From contig DF237506.1 in the NCBI GenBank assembly GCA_000708835.1, positions 1 to 58,521 of the forward strand: a stretch of 58,521 nucleotides of DNA, in the 5' to 3' direction. The notes under the pieces were generated by a model. The model searched no databases and had not been told where the DNA came from. It saw nothing but the letters and a program-made list of their open reading frames with translations. A program made the translations under genes and the position numbers. Positions 22,951 to 36,400 of the stretch are shown in pieces (the stretch's first letter is position 1; each line of letters opens with the position of its first letter). This DNA is from Klebsormidium nitens. Taxonomy: Eukaryota > Plantae > Klebsormidiophyceae.

Positions 22951-25761
22951 ACACGTCCCTCATACGCCTCGGGCGTTGGCCTGATCCAGGGAAGCAACGT
23001 CTGCAATTATATCCTCAGAGATTGAGTCACTCCTGTGGGTCAGGTTGTTCCGGGAGAATCTTGCCGTTCCAATGATGCCACGTGACATAATCAACGGCTC
23101 AGAACAAGCGCACCGGAACCCGAGGACCCGCGACCTCGCACCGCCCCGTTGCAAGCGAACTTCGCGACAACGGCAAGCCGTCTATATATGCTGGGAAGGA
23201 GAAGAAGATGCGCTTGTCAATCAACTCAAGGCCAGGGAGTTCTGTCAAAATAGAACTCTGGAGTCAGTTTGAGCAGCGTCTAATGCAAACTTGAACCCGC
23301 GTTCATGTGCAGCGGATACGTCATGCAGGCAGGGCCTGGATGCCACCGGCATGAAGCTTATGCTTGAACTGAGTAAGGTAAGGTCGATGATTTTGCCTTG
23401 TTCAAAGATATTTCTGGGGTTGGCTGAACTTCAACGGACGGTTCAACGGTTGAAACGCAGATTGCGGCCTTCGAGAGATTGATGCACTTGACGGCAGCTA
23501 CACACGTTGACGAGGCACTGTGTGTGGCGCAACACCGCGGAGCACTGGTGCTGAAGCCTGCACTCTTGCAGCTCGACAGAAAGATGCTTCATATTAATGC
23601 TTACGGACGAAGACATGAGGAATGGCCGGAGAAGGGTGTTTCCAAAAGGCGCTGGAACTGCTCCGAATCATGATGCGGTAGCAGCCCAAGGGTTCCACGT
23701 CTGCGAGCCTGCCTGGACAGGAGCTGCGACACGATCACGGAGAACTTTTGGACAAGGCCCACGGCTTGAGCTTGGCCGGTATCAAGCTCCTCTGAAGCGG
23801 GCTCCGTGAGGCGCTACCCAACTTCAACGGCCTATCTCGACATCAGGTTGCTGTCGAAGTTCCAAAGAATTTGAGGTCTATTCTTGCTTCGAAGTCTGCA
23901 GAAGGACCCCAATGTCGCTCTACATTCAATTCCAGCTTTTCCGACTTTGGATTGCATGGCTTTGGGTCAAAATTCGATCGATCTGTCGTTATCGTTGCAC
24001 GTCTCGGCAGATAGGAAGAAGCGACTAAACTCGTTAGTACATACATCAGAGAAACCGTCAAGGAAAAGATCTGCAAAAAGAAGACAAACCAACAACGGAT
24101 TTCAGGAGCATGGAAAAGCTACAGCCTGATCCATTTACCCCAGCTTCGGTGCTCGACCGCGTCTTGTTACGAAGGAGGTTATTACCATAGCAACACGATA
24201 GATGACGCCACACACATTCTGAACCGGCCTACTCCGTTTGCAGCGAGTCTCTGCCGGAACGGTTGCCTTACGTTGTTAATGCACTTGGCCAGTCGAGATC
24301 GGCCAGGACATTAGCTTTGCACCCGGCCACCTTTTCCGGCAAGCAGGGGCCACCCCACAGCACTCTGCCGAAGGGACTGCATAGACACATGCGTGCACAG
24401 GTCCACCGCTGAGTGAGGGTCAAAAGGTACACGGTCGGCTTCGAAGTCCATGGCGGCTCCTCCTTCACGCTTTTGGTAGTGCGCAGCTTGCGGCTCATCG
24501 TACCTTCAGGGCCAGTAGGTCGGGCCACGTCTACTGCAGCAGACGGCCTGTTTGCCATTAGCGCACCCATGATCCCAAGAGGCGCACCGCGGCCGCGCTT
24601 GAGATGGCGTGGCCGCCAGCCCCTCTGCACGCGGGAGCGGCTACGATCTGGCAGGGCGGCGGGCGCGGGCGCCTTGCGCTCGACGTCGTTTCAGGCTGGT
24701 AATTCGAAAGGTCTCACACCAGATTAATTTGTCTATTTGCCTGGCCATGTCGTCACCGACATAAGCAGGTGCAGAGTAGCATCTGTTCACGGGGATCCTG
24801 CCTCCCCCTGGCGGCATGCCCGATGGCGCATGCGAACCCGGCGCCGCCCAGAGGATACTTCAACGGGTAGTGCTTCGCGGAGTTCCTTTCGAGGCAGGCA
24901 GCCGGCATGCGTGATGGGGCCGTTGCGACTTGGACACCTCGATCAGCGCATTGAAAACGACGCGCCTCTTTCGAAGGACGCCCCCATCCGGACAGCCACT
25001 TATGGGGGGGCTGTTGAACCGGCGTCCTCGATGGCGTCACCCTGGGAGGGGCCACTCGGGACCTTCAACTTTGATATTCAAAGCGGCACCAAGCGGAGCT
25101 TTCCTGGTCTTGTTCATTCATAGATCTCACGAGCTCTTCCTTCGGACTTGTTATCCGCTACTTCTGATTGCTTTCCTGCTTCAAGCAGAGTATTATATGC
25201 AAGAGAAATCCATTCTGACTATTAGGGTAGATGGGCTAGCACTGCCTTGCTTGTCTACTTACGTGCTGAAGGCAACTTGGCATACTTCTAGATCTGCCCA
25301 CCTTCTGATACTGGAATAGTGGGCTCACCGGGCCTGTTCCTTACAGAACCCTTTTGGAACAAGACATTCTAAAGGCTTGCAACGATCCGTCCAATCACCG
25401 CCAGGTACTGCAGAGGCGCTAAGCGGCCAGTGAACTTCGGGAACTGGGAGCAATGCGGGCAAGCAGGCAAGCTCTCGAAGGAGTTCAGCTTTTGCAGGTG
25501 CATTGGGCCTTGATGCCGGCTCTCCGAAGGATCTGAGCGGCAGAAGCTTGGCAACTTGACTCCTTAGAAGCCCCTCCAGGGAAGAGCACTTCATCTGCGC
25601 AAACTTCCAGAAAGCGCACCAGGACGAAGGGAAGGGGGCAAATTCTTTTGCAGATTCTTGCTCATTACTCCCACGTTTAGAGACGATTTTGCCACATCCA
25701 GAGCTGCTTTGCCTTCCATCCGGATTTTGCGAGCCCTAGATGCCCCCCGCCGCGCCTGCGC

Positions 25762-28700
25762 ATGGCCCCGGGTGGCGCGGGCGGAGTGGGCGTGCGCGGC
25801 AGCTGGGCGGTGGCGGACGTGGCGGGCCTGCCCGCGCCGGGGCGGTGGGGGCACACCGCGCTGGCCGTGGACGGGCAGATGCTGCTGCTCGGGGGATGCT
25901 TCGGAGGACAGCACCTCACCAATCTCGTCGCATACAACCGGTGAGCGGCCGCAACCACCGCACCATGTGCGTCGTTAAATTTTCTTTATCTCCTCCGAAG
26001 TGATTTTGAAGACGCTTAACCAAAAACAACTGTGCATCCCTAAGATCGTATACCGTTCGTGGAAGAGGACTCGTCGGACTCGTCGTGCGCTTGTGCAGCG
26101 GGGGCAATTACGGCGCAGGCGTCTCTATTTACGCTGGACATGTCCAGCGATGTTTTGTTCAAATTCGCTTGCATCTCAACGAATACAGGTAATGCTGACG
26201 CCATGCTTGCCCCTGTGCAGCGCCACTCGCAGCTGGTCGCAGGTCCGCACAACGGGGGTGCAGCAGGGGCCGCGTGACAGGTCAGCCGCCCGCCGTCCTG
26301 TACTCACGTTTCACGAGCAGAGCCGCGCTGTTGGCGGCATCTCTCATACAGCGGCCTTCCCTCAACATTGTTTCGTGCGTCTAATGGGTTCTTGTCTTCT
26401 CAACTTCCCGTCCTATTCATCTCCCCGTCGTGCATCTCTCGCATTCACGACGCGCGAATATGACAGCGACAGATGCTGCCTGCAAGGACCTCAACTGGCA
26501 GCATTACCGGCACCGAAAAACGCCGCCGCTGCTTATCTCACGGAGATCGAAGTGTGGTCCTTATGCCTGCCTCTTCTACCCGGCCGTGCAACGTCCTGTC
26601 CCTTATTTTCAACCCCTTCATCTGCTGCCTGTGGTGCGCGCGCAGCCACGGCGCGTGCTTGGTGGGGCGGCGCGTGGTGGTGGTGGGTGGCACGGACGGG
26701 CGCGCCAAGCTGGCGGGGGTGGACGTGCTGGGACTGGACACCGCAGAGTGGACGCAGCCGACCTGCTCCGGCACGCCGCCGCAGCCACGGTAAGGGGCCA
26801 CAGCAAGACGGGGACGTTGGCGTTTGTTGAATCTATGTAGAGACTCTGACGGAAGCCTGGCAACAAGCGAGGCGTCTCCTTCGGTTTGAGGTCCAATTCA
26901 CTTGACAAAAAGAACTCCCTTGTATGCATTGTGCTGTGGTTCAAGATTCGATCGCCTGAGACGGACACAGATTCCGCGATTTGAGGCTTAAATTTTGATC
27001 AAGAGACTGGCGCGCTCTTTCTGAGCAGTACGTCGAAAGGGTAGTCTTCATGAATAGATGAATCTTCTAAAAGCTTAGTCTCTTGAATCGACCTGGCGAC
27101 GAGTGGATTCTTAAGAGACAACTTCTATGCTTCTTGAACTCGTCTGTGCAATTTTCACGTCTCTCGTGCGCTTGTCGAGTGAACGTCGTTAAAAGCTGAC
27201 AGTATCCAAACGGCTACGCGGGCCCTCCCCGGCGGCTTCTCGACTCTCTTAAAATTGCTGAACGGCCTCATTATGGCCTGTGCGTTTAGGATGCCTTAAC
27301 GATCAGCAGGCTTTGCGCGCTTGAGGTTTGCACATTTCCCGCACGTTTCCCCTTCTGCCCCTCCGCCAGAGAGAGCCACGTGGCGTGCGCGACCGCGGAG
27401 GGCCACATCGTGGTGGCCTTCGGGAGCGGCGACGGCGCGGCCGCGTACCTGGCGGACGGCGTGTTCGTGCTGGACTGCGCCACGTGGACGTGGCACGCGC
27501 CGCCGCTGACGGGCGACATGCCGCCCGCGCGCGACTCGGCGGCGGCGTGCATGCTGGGGCGGCACATGCTGCTCTTCGGAGGCGACCAGGGCGCCAAGTA
27601 CCTTAGCGACACGTGGCTGCTCGACACGCAAGCCTTTACCTGGGAGCAGGTGACGCGCACCCGGCCGCACGCCGCACTACCCACAAGCAGCGGTTGATTG
27701 CTCGTCTGCCTGCTAGCTTTTCAACGCTGGTCCCACTTTCTATGTGACGTCTATGTTATGGAGGAAACGAAATAACCTTTCTTGCTGGCAGTACCGAGAC
27801 TTCAAGCGATTCGAGATTGTAGTCTTACCTGCAGCTCAACAACGCTTCCAATTTCTCCAAACGTCCATCCCAGTAACAGAGGCTCTTCCTTCTTCCCCGT
27901 GTGTGCAGGTGGAGGTGCCTGGCGCGTGCCCCTCCCCGCGAGCAGGCCAGACGGCAGTGGCTGTCAGCCCAGACCTGGTGGGCAGCCCTGCTCGGTGCCT
28001 TTGATTTGCTCGACGAAGAAATTCGGTTCAGCAGGAAGGGAGCCTAGTAGATCGCAGCATCTGAAATGGTTTTAAAGTGCCACGGTTGTTCGTACGTTTC
28101 CTTGGTGAACGGCATAAGCGCCGTTTCGGGTCCTTCGAGTACCCTTGGAAACTTGATTCAACCGTTCTCGTCATTTCAAAAGCCTGCATGTTGAATATAC
28201 TGAAAGATCAAAGCAGATCCCACAAAGTCCCCATTACTCCAGTCAAGTTTGACACCATGTGAATGTTGATACGGCACCTAGCTGCCGCGGCGGCAATCTC
28301 TCCTTTGGATCCTCGCAGGCACTATTCTTCGGGGGCGTCGGAGACGGCCCCGAGGCGGGCGAGACGGTGTACCACGCCGACGTGTGGGCCTTCAGCCTGC
28401 CCACGCGCACCTGGCACCCCCTTCACACGAGCGGCCAGCCCCCGGCGGGCCGCTTCTCGCACGCGGCGTGCCTGCTGGATGGCGACATGTACGTGCACGG
28501 AGGTGAGCGCCAAAGGGAGCACGGCTCTCTCGAAGCACGACTCTCCCCAAGTCTCTAAAGAAGCTTTCCAGCAATACTAACGGTTAAAATTCAGGAAAAT
28601 TTGTCCCTTCAAGCTATTACCTGAGAGCCCTGCGGTTGAAGCCTTCGAAGTACAAGATTTGTGTGTCCGCTGACTTGTGTCGCTCTTCTGCGCACCATTT

Positions 28701-31700
28701 CAATTTGGTCGCTCCTTCCCCTCTCCCCAGGGTGTGCCAAGGACGAGCTGCCCCTGGACGAGATGGCCATGCTGCGCCTCTCGCCCGCCGACGAGCCGCC
28801 CGCGCCCCCGGACGGGGCCCAGCTGGACAGCGGCGCGGCCGCGGCCGCCGGGGAACGGTCGTCCCCCGGCTTGCTGCGCATCCCGTCCCCAATGGCCGCG
28901 ACGCCCCCGTCCTCCCCGGGCCTACTACTCAGCAGCATTCCGCCGCACCCCTCGGAGCTGCTGCCCGGCCCCGACGGGCCACCCCTCGCGGCCGCGCCGC
29001 CCGCCAGCTACGCCAGCGAGCCGGAGCGGGCGGCCGCCGCATTGTCCCACCCGCCGCCCCCTGTCGCGGGCGGGTTTNNNNNNNNNNNNNNNNNNNNNNN
29101 NNNNNNNNNNNNNNNNNNNNNNNNNNNNNNNNNNNNNNNNNNNNNNNNNNNNNNNNNNNNNNNNNNNNNNNNNNNNNNNNNNNNNNNNNNNNNNNNNNNN
29201 NNNNNNNNNNNNNNNNNNNNNNNNNNNNNNNNCCGGACGCGGGCGGCCGCCGCACTTGTCCCACCGCCGCCCCTCGTCGCGGGCGGGTTGCGCGCGAGCG
29301 GGCGGGCGGCTGGAGCGGCCCAGCTCGGCGCCGGCGGCGTCGCAAGGCATGATGATAGAGCGGCCGCGGGCGGCGCGGCGGGCGGGCCCCGCGGTGATCC
29401 TGGAGGGGCGGCCCATCTCGGGGAACACTGCGTCGCCGGACTCCAGCCTCAGCCTGAGCGCGGGGGCGGCCGCCATGGAAACCGGGCAGAAGCGGGGGCG
29501 GGCGGTGCGCACCGGGAAGAGCGTGCTCAGCTTCCTGGAGAGTCTGCCGCCCGCACCAGGTGAGCAGGCGCAGACTTCGGATCAAAGTTGTGCGGCCGTG
29601 GCTTGAAGGTTGTAGATGACTTTGGCGGAAAGTCCACCACAGACTGTCGCCTGGTGTAGGGCCAAAATCTGTCCTTCTTTGAGACTGCAGGAGTCACGTG
29701 AAAGGAACTCAAAAGGCACTTCTGTCACAATTGCCGATGCCTTTGCAAACAAGCGTAGATAGTGAAATAGGTGCTTCTTGCCTACTTTTTTGATGCGTCT
29801 TGGCACGTCGAAATCATTTCTAAACACTCCGGAAAACGACAGAACAGACGTTGAACCTCATGCACTTCGGTCCAAAGCCCACCCGTCGTTTGTAACTTTT
29901 GTGTGGATTGTTGGATTTTCATGACATGTGAAGGACATTAGGAGGTCAGGGATGATTTGATTCTGGAGCTGTCAATTCTTGGAGTGTCGGCGGTTGAAGA
30001 TCGGGTTGTTTGCAAGTTTGCATCGCCTCGGGACACATTGAGAAACTTGCAGGCAATCCCGGACACACTCTCCCGCATGCTTCGGTGATTTTAAAGACCG
30101 CGTGCCCCGTTGTCAATCGCATCATTTCAGAACGGAGTCTAGTATTAAAACCATTCGTGAAACCTGCCGCTTGCAGGTGATGAGTCGGTTGCAATGACTT
30201 GAAAAGACCTGCCAAGCTTTCGATTCTTAACACCTTCTGAGTCCATTTCTGTGTTTGTAGGAGTCCCCATCAAGCGTGTTCACTTGTGTTTCCCACTGTC
30301 TCGCAGACCCCGAGTCGCCGCCTCGTCGTCGTCGCGGCCGCACCCGCCCGCCGTCGTCCCCTGGTGCTCTAAGCGGCGGCGGCGCGTCCTTCCCGGGCGG
30401 GGTGCTGGGGCGGGCCTCGTCGGGCGGTGACGGCGAGGCGGGCCCGTTCTCTGCCAGCAAGGACCAGAAGCTGGCCATGCAGCGCTTCCTGCAGCAGCGC
30501 AAAGCGGACAAGGACGCCGCGCGCGCGCGCGCGGCGGAGCAGGCGGAGCACCCGCACGACCTGCGGCCCGACCTGGCGCCGCTGCACATGCCCGCGCGCA
30601 GGATGGTGCACTACGGCGCGCCCTTCGCGGGGGGCGCGCCCGCGGCCGCGGCGGCCGAGTTCCCGACGGGCCCGTTCACACAGCTGCTGCTGCACGAGGG
30701 CAGCCCGATGGACGTGCGACACGAGGGGGGGGGGGCCGACAGCCGCGACGCCGCGCTCGCGGGAGGCATGGTGAGAGAAACAGGACAGGCGACGGTAGTA
30801 GATCTCGCCGTTCAAACAACCAAAACCTACAGTATCCGCAAGAACGGCATGCTTGGCGTACCCCCGGCGTACCGTTGATCCTTGAGATAGAGTAGTGGCT
30901 TCGTCCTCTGGCTGCTGCGTGTCTTCCTGACGAGGCACGCTCGCGGCGCGTGTGCAGCTGGGCGCGGCGGTGCAGGGCGTGGTGGACGGCGTGCTGGACA
31001 TGGGCTACCGCATCACAGCGCACGCGGGGGGGCACGTCTTCCGGGGCTGCCTCTTCGCGAACGTGAGGCCCGCCGCTACGCCGGGCCGTCCCCCAAAGTC
31101 TGGGCACCCACGACCTTGTTTCAAATGTTTCCTTTAGCGCCAAGCGGACTTCGTCTCGTTCTGCGTTTCATGCTTGCCGCTGTGTGTGTATCCTGCCGCC
31201 GCCGTGGCCTCTGAGCCCCGCTCTCCGCAGGTCCTGCCTGGCGCCCCCAAGGACCCTTCCGATGCCCCGATGTACGCTCCCGCGGGCCACGCNNNNNNNN
31301 NNNNNNNNNNNNGAGCCCCGCCTCTCCGCAGGTCCTGCCTGGCGCCCCCAAGGACCCTTCCGACTGCCCCGACTGTACGCTCCCGCGGGCCACGCGCCGG
31401 TGCCCCTGCCTGGCTGGCCAGTCCCCCCGCAGCCCCGACCCACCGGTGGCGACTTCGACAACCCGGTGGCCGGCCGGCGGGTCGCCAGCGTGGGCGGTCG
31501 GTTCTACCCCCCCGCCCAACCACGCGCGGGCGCATACTTCAGCCGCGCGGCGGTGGGCGGGATCGGGGAGCACAAGGCGCGGGGCGGGGGAGAGCCGATG
31601 TCGGTGGAGGCGGTGGAAGCGATGGAGGGGATCATCCACGACCTGCAGAGCACGCACCAGGCGCGGCAGAGCAAGGGCCAGCCCGGCGCGCGGCAAGGGG

Positions 31701-31738
31701 GGGGGCAGCTCGGAGGCCAACAGTGGCCCCCCAAATAA
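25762..31738 (+). CDS. Kelch-repeat (beta-propeller) protein with a low-complexity C-terminal half and a conserved VxGxxDGxxDxGY motif
   Basis: Spliced kelch units: GRWGHTALAVDGQMLLLGG, SHGACLVGRRVVVVGG, ESHVAC..VVAFG, PPARDSAAACMLGRHMLLFGG, PSPRAGQTA..ALFFGG, PAGRFSHAACLLDGDMYVHGG. Exon near 30958-31062 reads LGAAVQGVVDGVLDMGYRITAHAGGHVFRGCLF. Last exon ends QQWPPK* at 31738. Two N gaps lie inside the gene. Confidence 0.88.
29078..29232. other. Assembly gap (N run)
   Basis: Run of N. The sequences on each side are near-duplicates of one another. Confidence 0.98.
31293..31312. other. Assembly gap (20 N)
   Basis: Run of 20 N, flanked by an approximately 80-bp near-duplicate with small indels. 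Confidence 0.98.
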
Positions 31739-33429
31739 GCAAACCTGGACGCCCATACAGGTACAATCTGACACGTGGGCAACGGCTGGCAAGGGACCTC
31801 GATTGAATAGCTGACACCTGACAAGGTCGTTGCATTTGGTCTGCATAGTCGACTACGGTGTTAATCAGGTTCAGCGCAAACTGCAGACGGACGTGCTTTC
31901 TGCTCACCGCTAATATACAATCCCCAGTTGCCTAGCAAGAGATCGCGCTTGCGCTGCCAGTCGCAGCTGCTTCGGCCGCCTTCAAGGCTGCGCCTTTGCG
32001 CTTTAGAAAAGGATAGGGAGGTGGCGCCACGTCAATCTGAGGCTGGAGCCTTGCTCTACCAGTTGGAGAGTCGGTGTAACGTGTAGCGTGCATGTGCTCC
32101 AGATACTTTTGAAGTTGCAAGTTTGTAATTCGCATGTGTCAAGCATGAGAGAAGTACAGCCGTCATGTCGTTGTACTTTTACAGATGTAAGTAGGTCGGC
32201 GATGTGCAGTCTTATCAAAGAACTGTGGGAAAGCATCTTTGACGGATTCGTTTTTAGCGAGTGGCCGGCAGGACTTGAATTCAAATGAAGGAAGCAAGCC
32301 TTTGGATGAATTCTCCTTGATTGTGGGACGCTACCAGGGGCACCATACAAAGTCTAAGAACAGCACCGTTGCGCATCGCGGCCGCCGAAGATACACAATC
32401 GCATTGGCTAAGGTTTCAGAGCCCTCCAAAGAGTCCCGAGCTGCATGCGTCGCGCTCTTCTAGTACTTGTTCCCTCTTAATTACGTTACATACGTACCAT
32501 CTACTCGATACGAAATCAGCCTCCTTCATGGTGCCCTTCGGCAGACGGGTTGACGCAATGACGTACGGAAGCTCCGATTTGAGATTGTGATTGTTAGCCG
32601 TATAAAAGATCATGGAACAAGTGTCGTGCTAGCAAGTAAAGCTAGTTCCGCAACGAACATGGCTTGAAGACCGAGGATCCTCATATGCACCGGCCCGATT
32701 GGCCGGGTCTCTCGGAGCGCCTAGCCGGCATCTTTGACCAGTTGGATGTATACGTGGCACTGCGTCTGTGGCGATCCACGATCAAGGAGATGGCGCATAT
32801 GCGAACCGTCTCTTAGTTTCATGGCATGGCCCTTTCTTAGTTTCAGAAGGGGAAAAGCATTCACAGTGTGTAGGAAGTAATCAAGATACATGGAAAGCGA
32901 AACGGTATAGTCGGCATTGTTCTTGATATCGAGCTGGAGCTCTAGCCGTAGTAAGTAACGGCGCGGGTAGAGCTTCTAATGCCGATTGATGACGGTGATC
33001 GATATCAAGAAGTGCGAATGCACCCATGGTTATCCAACATTGAGAGATGTGATTGCGTATTTCATCACAATAGGCCCCAAACTCATTCGTGAAAGCAGCA
33101 GCATTGGCACACCGATTGATAAAATATGCACAACAAAACATACACGATCAGCAGCACAGACTGAAATCCTCGGTGGAGACCCAAATACTCTGCTCTGCAG
33201 AGGATCCACTTATTAAAGAGGCAGACACCCCTTTCAGTATTTACTGCAAAGCATGCCTCAGGCACAGACCAACTTGATCGTGTTGGAGGCATCACCGTTA
33301 CGACCTCCTCGGGCGGACGAGACGACTGTTCCTTGACCCTAACCCTACTTCTAACGTTGAGAATTGATGACGCACTCGATCAATCACAACGGCTGGAGGC
33401 AGACACGTCAATCTTTTCAATAGCGCCCG

Positions 33430-36400
33430 CTAACTGGATTTGGTGGGTGTTGGTACAAAGGACCAAGTTCGGGTCAGAAAGCTCAGAGCTCCTGAGTCAA
33501 CAGCATCATTTTGAGCTGTGGCAGGCGAGCTGCCTTCATAAGCAGCACGCACTCGTGTTACCTGCACAACGCATCGAGTGTTACTTTGCCAGTCCGACGA
33601 CCAAAATCTACATGCACATCGATAAGCGGGTCGCAAAGTCTATGAGGTCACATCTTCTGGCTATCTCAAGTAGTCAGAAGTATGGGACCTGATTCCGATC
33701 CTTGCTCACCTCTTCTGGACTTAGCTGGAGCAGCATTTGCAACACCGGAAGGAGAGCATTCACCTCCCCTGCAGCATCAACGCAGACAGTCAACTCGGGT
33801 TGGTGCAGACTTGGCGGGTTTTTCGTCCGAGGTGGACTTCACACTACCCAAGGGACGTGGAAAAGAACGCTTCCGTACAGAGTGCTTCCATTACTGTCTA
33901 CAGCGCAACACACGGCTCAACTTATAGAACTGGCCCAGCTCAGGCTGGTCCGGGTGATAGGTAGATGGCTCCCTCCTGGCCTCAGCTTGGCTGCCAGGGG
34001 ACAGAGGCGGGCAGCGGTAGGCGGCGCACCTGTTTCCAGCAGTTTGAGCACGACGTTCTTGAGGTACGTCATGTCCACGCTCTCGCGCTTCTCGTTGCGG
34101 TCCAGCCGCCGCAGCTCCTCCTTCAGCACCGCCTCCTGCGCCAGCCACAAAGAGACGACGTGAACCGGCCTGCAGTCCCGCCAAGCCTTGGACACCGCGG
34201 CTCCCAGAGTGGCATTGAATTTTTACTTAAGAGTCTCAGTGACTGACGCAAGATGCGGCCGTCGCCCTCAGATTCGCCGCTTAATTGGTCCACGCTAAAA
34301 TCATCAGGAACGCAGAAACAAGCTAAACACAGGCTCCGTCTGTGCCCCCCGTATGTCACTTACTTTGCTTGAGACTAAAGCACTCGAGATGGTGATATCA
34401 ATCGGAAAGCGGCCGTTTTGACGGGATGTGGCTAGAGTTAATCTCCTATCAGCACGGTAGTGCCCAGGTAAGGATGCTAGAGTACGATCCGTGGCGCAGC
34501 GCTGACCTGCTGGCTGCGCAGCCGGTTCTCGTGCTCCAGCTCCGCAACCTCCTCCTCCAGCAGCTGAATGTTGCGCCGACACTTGGCAATCTCCTCGTCG
34601 CGCTGCGCCTGCTGCCGCGCAAACACCTGCAGGGTCACTCCGGAAATTGGGATCCAGTGGATGCATCAATCGCCGGTGCATTCATTCCTCCGGCGTTGCT
34701 TGTGTACAGTACGTTACAAGCTCGCTAAAGTGACCTGTGCGGCGCAAAGCAACGACTGTAACACTAGCTGAAAGATCCGCACCCGCTTCCTTCGTGAAAT
34801 GGCTACTGCTTACCCCGCAGCATATCGAGATGTTTGGGCAAAGGGAGGCAGCATGTCGCGCTCTGGTCGGACGGCTCACCATGATCTGTTGTTCCGTGGG
34901 CAGGCCGGCAAAGGACGAACGGCGGGGCGAGAACGCCTCGTTATACGCTGCACGCAAATACGACCGTTGAAGCTGAGCGCATAGGCGGGGCTTGCACACG
35001 TGATCCAGCGTGACCTGCCTGCCTAAGCATGGCCAAGTCATCAAGTACGCAAAAGCTCAAGTGGAATCGGGAAAGACCCACTGCGCAAAGCTGCATGCTC
35101 ACCGCTCCGGCCCGTGGGCGCTCCCCCATTGGCGCTGCCGTAGCTGCTCTCGACCTCCTCCTCGTCCTGCATAAGGAGAAGGCACAGCGATCGGTGAGCA
35201 TACCACCGCAGCACGATAGCAGCCGGTTCAGAGGTACGGGGCCGCGACTATAGACCCTTGACCAGCAGCCATTGGACAGAAGAGCTGGGCAAATGACTCA
35301 TGGTACTCCACTACTTTCATTGTCTGCATCACAACTCTTCGGAAGCGGGTACATGTTTACTCCTCAGCCCACAAGTCGCCCTCTATCTTGTTGAGCAACA
35401 ATCATCGTTGACATCGAAGACCACGCGAGCCAGCCGGGCCCTCCTTAGACGAAAGCACTGCTCTTGTTGGTTTATCCTTTCTGCCAGCGTACACCTCTCA
35501 TCGCCTGTCTCTTGCGTTGCTGCCCGTGCTCTGGCTGCTGCCCCGTGCGGCCTCACCTGGTCGTGCTGCCTGTCCGGGTGCTGCATCCTGGGCCCGTCGG
35601 CTTGGGAGACGCGGCGTTGCGCCTTGCTGCTTTCGTCCCTCAGCCGCTCAATCTGCTTGTCCTTGGCCTCCAGCATCTCGTGCGTCATTGCCTTGTACGA
35701 CTCGAAGTCCGCCTGCGAGTTGAAGACGTGCTTGGTTATGATCAAAACTGACACAGCTTCTGTGTCCTTCCCATATCTCTCCCATCTCGCAATCTAGGGT
35801 CTTCTGGTCGATGGAGGCACCTTCCTCCTCCTTCCCTGCATTGGTGGCCCACGCCCTGTCCGACCGATTGCCCGAGCTCATGGCTGTGTCGCGTCTTCCT
35901 CTGCCCGAGCTACAACGAACACCGTTTCGTTGGCCGTGTTTGCAGTTCCTTGGCTATAACTACTTCCAGATTGTAGCACGAACGGCGACTCAGGGCTCTT
36001 CAACAACTTCTTTTACCAAAGTTTGTCGTGCAGATTTCGAGTAGCTGCCACCACAATTTAAAGTCACTAGTCGCACCAGAGACAAATGAGGGCACAGAGG
36101 CCTCACCTTTAGCGTCTGGTAGGCTGTCTGTATGCCGGCCAGCTTCTCCGTACTCTCCCCGTGCACCTGGCCCTGCGCCGCCTCGAGCTGTTGGATGCGT
36201 TCCTTCAGCGCACCCACGCGCTCTGCACACAACACCCCAAAACCTCTCAGCCTCCTCGTCCAGGACGCACCATGCTGATCCGGAACCAGATAGTCGTGAC
36301 AGTGGCATAAGCTGCCATGGCAGCAAGCAATCTGCACGCATCGCCTTTCGGAGCCTCCTGTGGCTCAATTTCATCGACTAGGTGGGCAGCAGCTTTTTCT

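Noticed and set aside
29020-29295. Near-duplicate sequence on both sides of the N gap
   Set aside because: The copies differ only by small indels and sit directly across a gap. This is typical of unmerged contig ends in GC-rich DNA, not a supported tandem repeat.
31210-31395. About 80-bp direct repeat around the 20-N gap
   Set aside because: Same pattern (gatg vs gactg single-base indels). Most simply an assembly overlap artefact.
32986-33216. YPTLRDVIA resembling a hAT dimerisation domain
   Set aside because: Lacks the following S-x-x-x-ER-x-FS motif.
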